DNA of 64,000 bases from an uncultured Clostridia bacterium (GCA_948471525.1 CAOKSY010000001.1:243465-307464), one strand, 5' to 3'. Shown: positions 41,418 through 47,344, numbered from the stretch's first letter. Notes: generated by a model from the sequence alone, not told the origin. Numbers and translations: made by a program.

Positions 41418-41819
41418 TCAAGTATTCTGCGCGATCGACTCTCTCTTTTTCAACGAAAGTTTTTCGACCGTTTCTTCGTCAATATTATTGACCAGAAGTT
41501 TGGATTTTTTCAAAGCCTGTACGATGGAATCCGCAATTTGAGAAAAAGTCGAGTCGGCGCATTCCGCTCTCGCTATGATTATATAGTTGCATTTATCCTC
41601 GACAAACGGTATCAGTGCGCGAAATGCTTCTCTCAGACGTCTGCGAACCTTGTTTCTGACGACGGCTTTGCCTACTTTTTTGCTTACGATAAATCCTACC
41701 TTAAGCGAATATTTCGACGGCGCATAAACAAGTACAAGCCGCTTATTTGCAGTGGATACTCCTCTTCTGTGCAGATAATTGAATACTCTGCTGCTTTTGA
41801 GCCTGTACTTTTTTTGCAT
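41418..41819 (-). CDS. rnpA: Ribonuclease P protein component
   Basis: 133 aa, basic, KKVGKAVVRNKVRRRLRE. Confidence 0.88.
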   Translation of the reverse strand: MQKKYRLKSSRVFNYLHRRGVSTANKRLVLVYAPSKYSLKVGFIVSKKVGKAVVRNKVRRRLREAFRALIPFVEDKCNYIIIARAECADSTFSQIADSIVQALKKSKLLVNNIDEETVEKLSLKKRESIAQNT

Positions 41820-41826
41820 TGCAATA

Positions 41827-41961
41827 TTATGCGGTCAGTTGCTTTCTGCCCTTGTTGCGACGTCTTTTGATTACGTTTCTGCCGTTTTTGGTACGCATTC
41901 TCTCACGGAAGCCGTGAACCTTGGATCTCTGTCTTTTTTTAGGTTGATAAGTCTGTTTCAT
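41827..41961 (-). CDS. rpmH: 50S ribosomal protein L34
   Basis: Below the ORF-track cutoff. I translated [44 protein letters not shown] (44 aa). Confidence 0.9.
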   Translation of the reverse strand: MKQTYQPKKRQRSKVHGFRERMRTKNGRNVIKRRRNKGRKQLTA

Positions 41962-42005
41962 TTTTGTATCCTCTCTTTTATATATAAATAAAATTATGCT
42001 ATATC

Positions 42006-42034
42006 AGTATATATAAATTGGAGACGGGTGTCAA
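42006..42034 (-). promoter_or_regulatory. Sigma-A-type promoter of rpmH operon (TTGACA-17-TATACT)
   Basis: On the minus strand, -35 at 42034-42029 and -10 at 42011-42006. Confidence 0.55.
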
Positions 42035-42144
42035 GTAATTTGGCGCAGTTGAATACAAATGCGTTTGGGAGCATTGACAATAAAGATGTAAAAAGCAAAA
42101 ATAATTCTTAAAATAAATGATAACGCAGTTGATTTACAGGACTT

Positions 42145-42172
42145 TTGACACAGCCCTCGGTAATACTATAAT
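42145..42172 (+). promoter_or_regulatory. Near-consensus promoter-like element (TTGACA-16-TATAAT) pointing antisense into the flavoprotein gene
   Basis: TTGACA at 42145-42150 and TATAAT at 42167-42172. No plus-strand gene follows. Confidence 0.4.
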
Positions 42173-42181
42173 GCAATAATA

Positions 42182-43213
42182 TCAAATACTCCTCATATTT
42201 TTAAACCTGTCGGACATAAACGATAACAAATGCCACTGTCGTTTCATATATTTCTCAGTTTGGGAAGCGTTTATAATATACTGTGAAATTACTTTGTTCG
42301 GGCGGTCGAAGTTCTCGGCAATGGCTTTTGCGGCGGCATATCCGCTCTCTATTGCCGACGAGATTCCTTCGCCCATAGGATTGAGAAAACCTGCGGCTTC
42401 CCCTGCGCGCAAAATCCTTTCGCATCCGTAGTCGACCGAGAAGTCGGGGCGAATACGCGGCATTATCCACTTCTCTTCCTTTACTTTTTCAAAAATATTT
42501 AAATTGTAGGACCTCTCCAAGTGAACTTTAAAAGCGCTGTAAAATCCATTTAATTTGCCGATATCGTTATTTTTGACAGCCGTTCCTATCACGAGCATAC
42601 CGTCTTTGACGTTGAGCCAAGCGTCATATTGCGAAAATTCAGGCTGAAGAAAAGCATAGAAATAATGCGGGTCGAGATCTATCGTTCCGCGAAAAAAACA
42701 TTGATATGTGACGATAAAATCTTTTTTTGACGGAGAATCGGTTAATATTATCGAATTTGCCGCTCCGCCGCAGTTGATGAAATAAGCGGCTTTTTCTCGA
42801 TATGATTTGTCAAACTCAACGTCGACGCGATCGCTGAAAGAAGCGCAGCTAATTATAGAACGGTTGTCGATCAACTTTGCTCCCGAGTCGATCGCCATAT
42901 CCGTAAGCCAGCTATCAAAAGAACTCCGCCATACGTTAAGCCCTTTTTGTTCAAAACGGTACTCATTTCCCTCGTCATTGACAAATATCATTCCTTTATT
43001 GTCTGAAGGCGCGCATTTTACGCGATCAGGTATATCCGAGCCGAAATAATCACTGATAAGTCGTATAGTTTTTTCGATTATCATACCCGAGCAAGACTTA
43101 TATCGAGGTAATTTATGTCTTTCGGTAATCAATACCGAAAAACCTTTATCTGCTAATACTTTAGCGCAAGTTGCGCCGGCTGGACCGGCGCCGGCAATAA
43201 TAACGTCGCACAT
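42182..43213 (-). CDS. FAD-dependent oxidoreductase (geranylgeranyl-reductase-like flavoprotein)
   Basis: Start at ATG 43213 (AAGGA RBS), 343 aa. DVIIAGAGPAGATCA dinucleotide-binding motif. Confidence 0.8.
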   Translation of the reverse strand: MCDVIIAGAGPAGATCAKVLADKGFSVLITERHKLPRYKSCSGMIIEKTIRLISDYFGSDIPDRVKCAPSDNKGMIFVNDEGNEYRFEQKGLNVWRSSFDSWLTDMAIDSGAKLIDNRSIISCASFSDRVDVEFDKSYREKAAYFINCGGAANSIILTDSPSKKDFIVTYQCFFRGTIDLDPHYFYAFLQPEFSQYDAWLNVKDGMLVIGTAVKNNDIGKLNGFYSAFKVHLERSYNLNIFEKVKEEKWIMPRIRPDFSVDYGCERILRAGEAAGFLNPMGEGISSAIESGYAAAKAIAENFDRPNKVISQYIINASQTEKYMKRQWHLLSFMSDRFKNMRSI

Positions 43214-43496
43214 TTTATTCCTTTTGCTGATTGATATCGCTATTATAATACCATATCGCCGGCAATATATCAAGTAATAGGTATTCAAGATCAATATAAC
43301 CAATAATTAAACACAGTGCAAAAATATATGCAGATAAAATAACTTTAAGTAAATAGTTTGATGGCGCAATATAGCCTATAATAAATAACGGAAGAAAAAT
43401 AATTAATTTTTAATATTGATTATGGGTCAATAGGCAATATGATGCTCCAATATTTATCCTAGAGCCGCTGTATTTCGTATCTAAATTTGCGAGGCA

Positions 43497-43521
43497 AAGA
43501 ATGCTTGGTAAAGCATTTTTT
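43497..43521 (+). terminator. Terminator-like hairpin plus T-run
   Basis: AATGCTT-ggta-AAGCATT followed by TTTT. Confidence 0.4.
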
Positions 43522-43627
43522 ACATACTCAGTAAATATGTGTATGTCACAATAGGCGTTACCACATCAATGTAACAGATATGGATACATAATGGGAATAA
43601 TAGCTTAAAAGGACAAGCTACTGTATT

Positions 43628-43643
43628 TGTTCCACGTGAAACG
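43628..43643. promoter_or_regulatory. parS site (ParB/Spo0J binding), 15/16 match
   Basis: TGTTCCACGTGAAACG versus the Bacillus consensus TGTTNCACGTGAAACA. Confidence 0.8.
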
Positions 43644-44147
43644 GGACAATAATTCCCAACAGTATTTGATAACTTGGATATTGTCTTGAGATGAGAATTA
43701 ATAAAACTGTCTATCCTTTCGTAAGTTTAAATGGTGCTTGTCTGCAGAGAGAAACTTAAGATTAATTGAAAACGTCTTAGATAATAGATCATAAATAGTA
43801 TGTTAGTAGTTGTGGCGACTAAGTCAACATATCAAAAGTAGTGAATTGTTGATGCAGTAATGATGCTTATATTATTCTACACGACACGTGCTTTGCCCTA
43901 TCTCAAGCAATAAAGAGATCGGCGGTAAAATAAATTTATGAAAATCTACAACGCGGCTTACTCGTATTATTTGGTTACGTAAGAGCTTAATGATTCCATA
44001 GTTTAAAGCAATGAAATATCCAGATCATCTTTCTTATCTGAAAATTGCGCTAGCACTGTCTCAAAAGTTCGGGAAAATCTATTTTTCATTTCAATTGTAA
44101 TTTTAAAATAACAAAGTTATTTTAATTTTGCCAACTTGCAGATAATG

Positions 44148-44173
44148 CAGTATGCGAATTCAATCGCATACTG
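44148..44173. other. Perfect 10-bp hairpin/inverted repeat
   Basis: CAGTATGCGA-attcaa-TCGCATACTG. Confidence 0.6.
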
Positions 44174-44335
44174 TTCTCTTCCATTCTACTCTTTTGAAGA
44201 TGACGTAATGTGACGTTGTTAGTGGCATAATAAGTATTTGAGTTGATATTAGATCTACAGGCGCTTTATATCTATTGAATCGCACGTAGCGTCATAGGAT
44301 AACTTTTATATGGTAAACTTTAACATGCGCGCAAA

Positions 44336-44344
44336 TGTGGATAA
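44336..44344 (-). promoter_or_regulatory. Perfect DnaA box
   Basis: TGTGGATAA, the complement of TTATCCACA, followed by C. Confidence 0.7.
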
Positions 44345-44392
44345 CTAGCTAGCTTAGAAATATCCAACGGACATAACAGTATGTATATATGA

Positions 44393-44408
44393 AGTTTCAC
44401 GTGCAACA
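44393..44408. promoter_or_regulatory. parS-like site, 14/16 match
   Basis: AGTTTCACGTGCAACA. Confidence 0.6.
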
Positions 44409-44452
44409 ATTTACAAAAACAAGACGGTTGCAACTATTAATGAGTGTGGAAT

Positions 44453-44461
44453 TGTGGATAA
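44453..44461 (-). promoter_or_regulatory. Perfect DnaA box
   Basis: TGTGGATAA followed by C. A degenerate TGTGGAATT lies directly upstream (44445). Confidence 0.7.
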
Positions 44462-44774
44462 CGCACAAGCAGATAACGATACCCACATATTTAATCCTAA
44501 GCAGCAGTTGCTATAAAGTAATAAAGATTAGCAACGTTCCCACCAGTATTGCTATCTACAGTGACAATCAAGTTTCACAGCGATCGGGATAGGTTTTATA
44601 TTTGCAATAACATAGTATGAAGCCTTTGCCCCTTTTTTACTGCTCTGACATTTGTCTGTTCATCTATGACTGATGGATATTGCGTATATCTATTGGATCT
44701 ATTCCATCGCTAAATCATACTGTGCTCTGTCGTACTCCCAATGGCATAACGGAACCGTATTGTGTCAGGTCAAG

Positions 44775-44802
44775 TTATCTTGCTGAGATTTATCTTGAGA
44801 TC
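44775..44802 (+). repeat. Adjacent direct repeat TTATCTTG(CT)GAGAT
   Basis: TTATCTTGCTGAGAT is immediately followed by TTATCTTGAGATC. Confidence 0.6.
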
Positions 44803-44880
44803 TGCTGAATACACTGTAATATTAGCGATTTAAGGTAGAAATTGAGTTGTTTCATGACAGGTTGTCTTGCTTGTCCAAAT

Positions 44881-44896
44881 TGTTTCCTGTGAAACA
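44881..44896. promoter_or_regulatory. parS-like site, 14/16 match
   Basis: TGTTTCCTGTGAAACA, with mismatches only at the two central-left positions. Confidence 0.6.
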
Positions 44897-45024
44897 TTAT
44901 TGAGACATCTATATTCTAAAAACGACGATTCTAGCACTTTATTTTCTCAAATTGGGTGATTTTGCTAGACAATTACTGATATATTTCTGTATAAAATTGG
45001 CTGTCTTGCTACTTTTTCAGGCTT

Positions 45025-45047
45025 TGTTTCACGATTTTTGTGAAACA
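45025..45047. promoter_or_regulatory. Split parS: both half-sites perfect, separated by 7 bp
   Basis: TGTTTCAC-gattttt-GTGAAACA. The arms extend to 9 bp (TTGTTTCAC/GTGAAACAA). Confidence 0.5.
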
Positions 45048-45102
45048 ATTTGGCGATTAAAAATACGACTATATTTCGTTGGTTTTAGTATTATATCTAC
45101 TG

Positions 45103-45128
45103 AAAATGGCATGTTTTTGCCATTTTTT
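45103..45128. terminator. Terminator-like hairpin (bidirectional form)
   Basis: AAAATGGCA-tgtttt-TGCCATTTT plus extra Ts. Confidence 0.5.
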
Positions 45129-45175
45129 ACTGAACAGGTTCAATAATTTCAAATTTTCAAAGATAAAATCCGATT

Positions 45176-45235
45176 TTGAATAAATTAACTGATAAAGTTT
45201 ATAATTAATACTGTAGATATTTTAGTAGATCTACT
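45176..45235 (+). promoter_or_regulatory. Promoter (TTGAAT-18-TATAAT) and 12-bp palindrome AGTAGATCTACT upstream of the 48-aa ORF
   Basis: -35 at 45176-45181, -10 at 45200-45205, perfect palindrome at 45224-45235 between the -10 and the RBS. Confidence 0.45.
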
Positions 45236-45251
45236 CTATCGGGAGGGAAAT

Positions 45252-45398
45252 ATGCCTAGATGTATAATTTGCAACAGACACATCGAATATGAAAATGCAT
45301 ATATGTGCGATAAATGCAACAGTTGTACGTGCGCGGAATGCATTATAAGGTATGGCAAAGACTGCGATTGCGGCGGTAGATTGCATCACGTAAATTAA
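45252..45398 (+). CDS. 48-aa cysteine-rich (11 Cys) zinc-ribbon-like small protein
   Basis: Below the ORF-track cutoff. GGGAGGG RBS 4 nt upstream. MPRCIICNRHIEYENAYMCDKCNSCTCAECIIRYGKDCDCGGRLHHVN. Has its own promoter and terminator. Confidence 0.55.
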   Translation: MPRCIICNRHIEYENAYMCDKCNSCTCAECIIRYGKDCDCGGRLHHVN

Positions 45399-45400
45399 AA

Positions 45401-45436
45401 ACGGCCTTGATGATCTCAAGGTCGTTATTTTTTTAT
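45401..45436. terminator. Bidirectional terminator (small ORF / yabQ convergent)
   Basis: ACGGCCTTGA-tgatc-TCAAGGTCGT (one G-T pair), then a T-run. Confidence 0.65.
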
Positions 45437-45796
45437 GCGTTTTGCAAATTTGCTTTGTGAAATTTTGCGGATCAGTGCGTCGCATTTGCGTTTAATGGTT
45501 TTTCTGTATCTCATTATAGGCATATTTATTGCCAATCCGATAGCTACGCTCGCAAACAGCGATATCAAAATATGGTAGAAATGCAGATTGTATTCGAATT
45601 TATTTAATATGCAATAAAAAAAGCATATACCGTACGTTAATGCATATAAAATCTGCGATATGTGACGGTAAAATACATTCTTTATCAGAAATGCGCAGAC
45701 AAACCAGTTCAGCGAATACAGCAGTCCGAAAGCCGCTCCGATCGCCGAACATATCAGCAACGCATATGGCTGAGATAACGTGTCTCCCAATATCAT
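45425..45796 (-). CDS. yabQ: Spore cortex biosynthesis protein YabQ-like membrane protein
   Basis: Start at ATG 45796 in an ATGA overlap with the yabP stop. 123 aa, 3-4 TM, basic tail. Confidence 0.7.
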   Translation of the reverse strand: MILGDTLSQPYALLICSAIGAAFGLLYSLNWFVCAFLIKNVFYRHISQILYALTYGICFFYCILNKFEYNLHFYHILISLFASVAIGLAINMPIMRYRKTIKRKCDALIRKISQSKFAKRIKK

Positions 45797-46077
45797 TTGA
45801 ATACCCGTTTGAAGAAGGATACTTTTTGCTTTCCTTTTATGTATTTCAGCGTCGCCAGACTGCCGGATATAGTGCACGTGTAGCGTACTGTGTCTAGATT
45901 GACTACCGTCAGCTTTTCGCCTGTTATTATAAGCGTTTTGTCGCCGAGAGCGGCAACTATCTGTTTGTCGTCGCTTTCGATCATATTTGTGATGCCGTTG
46001 ACCGTAATGCTGCTGTCAAAATCTATGCCTACCGATTTCGGCGTCTTTGCCGACACGGAAGAAGTTATCTGGCTCAT
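45793..46077 (-). CDS. yabP: Sporulation protein YabP
   Basis: 94 aa. LIITGEKLTVVNLD...ISGSLATLKY is typical of YabP. Confidence 0.85.
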   Translation of the reverse strand: MSQITSSVSAKTPKSVGIDFDSSITVNGITNMIESDDKQIVAALGDKTLIITGEKLTVVNLDTVRYTCTISGSLATLKYIKGKQKVSFFKRVFK

Positions 46078-46325
46078 TTTTACACCTCTTTGTTATTATG
46101 CGCTCAATTATAGATATTTTTGCAACTTATTTCGTTAAATCGGAACTATTATTCCCGTGGGCGATAAATATTCGTTCGCTATCGATTTGTGAAATTGGTT
46201 GCGTTAGATAATATAATATATTTTAATTTGTTCCAAATATGCGGAAATTCTGACATTTTTTTATATTTTTAAATTTGTTCGAGCTTTGTCGTACTTATGT
46301 TTTTGGATAAATTGGCGTTTATATG

Positions 46326-46354
46326 TTGACTAAAATAAGGATATTTGTTAATAT
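46326..46354 (+). promoter_or_regulatory. Promoter for tRNA-Leu (TTGACT-17-TAATAT)
   Basis: -35 at 46326-46331 and -10 at 46349-46354, about 20 nt before the tRNA. Confidence 0.5.
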
Positions 46355-46374
46355 AATACTTGCCTAAATAATTT

Positions 46375-46461
46375 GCGGATATGGCGGAATTGGCAGACGC
46401 GTAAGATTCAGGTTCTTATGGTCGTAAGGCTGTGCAGGTTCAAGTCCTGTTATCCGCACCA
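46375..46461 (+). tRNA. tRNA-Leu (anticodon CAG), type II with long variable arm, encoded CCA
   Basis: I folded it by hand: acceptor GCGGATA/TATCCGC, 3-bp D stem, anticodon stem TAAGA/TCTTA with loop TTCAGGT, T arm GCAGG-TTCAAGT-CCTGT. Confidence 0.93.
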
Positions 46462-46469
46462 GGAAAAGC

Positions 46470-46502
46470 GTAAGTCAAAAATATTTGACTTACTCTTTTT
46501 TA
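46470..46502 (+). terminator. Rho-independent terminator after tRNA-Leu
   Basis: GTAAGTCAAA-aata-TTTGACTTAC followed by TCTTTTTTT. Confidence 0.75.
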
Positions 46503-46619
46503 TTATGTATAACTAATGACTTGAATAACAAATATTGCTGATTTTCTAATTGTAATAAACATTTGGTGTAAAAATAAACAGAGGAACAAATTATTCCGCG
46601 ATATTGCATTGATTATACT

Positions 46620-46823
46620 TTAATCTTCTCTTCCAAAAAGATAATCGATTGAAACGTTAAAAAAGTCCGCAATGATTATCGTGGTTTTTTGGTCAGGTTC
46701 GAACTGACCTTTTTCCCATCTTTGCAGATTTGGTTGGGAGGTTTTGATTATCGCTGCTAATTGTCTTTGCGATAATCCGTTTTCCTCACGTAGTTCTTTC
46801 AATCGTTGTCCGAAAATTTCCAT
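46620..46823 (-). CDS. XRE-family HTH regulator (cI-like)
   Basis: LSQRQLAAIIKTSQPNLQRWEKG. I prefer ATG 46823, which has TATAAT 7 nt upstream (possibly leaderless). The ORF track starts at TTG 46850. Confidence 0.75.
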   Translation of the reverse strand: MEIFGQRLKELREENGLSQRQLAAIIKTSQPNLQRWEKGQFEPDQKTTIIIADFFNVSIDYLFGRED

Positions 46824-46856
46824 AAATTTATTATACATTAAATACATCAAAAATAC

Positions 46857-46886
46857 TTGACTAATACATTTAATGTATCATATAAT
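46857..46886 (+). promoter_or_regulatory. Promoter (TTGACT-18-TATAAT) with near-palindromic operator TACATTTAATGTA in the divergent XRE spacer
   Basis: -35 at 46857-46862 and -10 at 46881-46886. The related word ACATTAAATACAT lies nearby. Confidence 0.5.
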
Positions 46887-46921
46887 GATTATATATAAAA
46901 CGTATCAGAGGAGGAATTGTA

Positions 46922-47209
46922 GTGGAGGAATCAGAAATTTATAATTTACTAGGCCACAGATTTTTGCTGAATTGGAAAGAAAAAATAGAGAAAGATGAGG
47001 GGGATACGTGGTTTTTTACCAATGAAAAGCAAGAATTAGAAAAAATAAAAGAATTTTTTAATGAAGACGAGCAGAAATTGATATTTCGTTATACGTTGGC
47101 TATGGAAAACAAATTTGAATATCTTTATTATAATTTAAATATCAAAATCCTAAATTTTGGAGTTAAAATCGGTATGGAATTACAAAAAGCATTTTTAAAG
47201 GATGATTAA
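46922..47209 (+). CDS. Hypothetical protein (GTG start, GAGGAGG RBS)
   Basis: 95 aa, acidic/helical, no family recognised. Confidence 0.5.
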   Translation: MEESEIYNLLGHRFLLNWKEKIEKDEGDTWFFTNEKQELEKIKEFFNEDEQKLIFRYTLAMENKFEYLYYNLNIKILNFGVKIGMELQKAFLKDD

Positions 47210-47344
47210 GAAATTTTGTTAATTTCAACTTCTCAAATTATTGAAAAAAGAGTATTATATGTCTGCAATTTTACGCATATTGCTATTTACAATTTAGTAA
47301 AAATATGAGATACTAATAAAAATATTTTAACGGAAGTATAAATT

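Larger units (their letters stand above)
43280..45170. other. ~1.9-kb ORF-free interval carrying parS-like sites, DnaA boxes, A+T-rich tracts and hairpins (candidate origin/centromere-type region; long ncRNA not excluded)
   Basis: Only two short ORFs without an RBS appear in six frames. Motif content is listed in the separate features. Confidence 0.8.

Noticed and set aside
43214-43303. N-terminal extension of the flavoprotein ORF (MVILILNTYYLIYCRRYGIIIAISISKRNK)
   Set aside because: The FAD-binding fold must begin at MCDVIIAGAGPAG. An AAGGA RBS precedes that ATG, and the extension covers the gene's own promoter-like hexamers.
44758-44770. GTGTCAGGTC, identical to the start of the conserved SRP RNA domain IV strand
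   Set aside because: The match stops after 10 nt (no CCGGAAGGAAGCAGC continuation). The only AAGCAGCA word lies 270 nt upstream in the wrong order. I treat it as coincidence.
44389-45146. Two short ORFs inside the ORF-free region (44389-44592, 67 aa; 44952-45146, 64 aa)
   Set aside because: Neither has a Shine-Dalgarno sequence, and the translations have no recognisable fold. They overlap parS/DnaA-box motifs. Their length is what chance allows in this composition.
43280-45170. CRISPR array, group II intron, rRNA/tmRNA/RNase P RNA or T-box/riboswitch as explanation for the ORF-free interval
   Set aside because: There are no regularly spaced repeats. There is no GUGYG 5' end and no domain-V-like hairpin. 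None of the conserved cores I know is present (for example the RNase P GAGGAAAGUCC, or the tmRNA tRNA-like end). No downstream gene sits in the right orientation for a leader.
45231-45485. 84-aa minus-strand ORF
   Set aside because: It overlaps the better-supported 48-aa plus-strand ORF (which has an RBS, promoter and terminator) as well as the terminator hairpin. It has no RBS and an odd composition.
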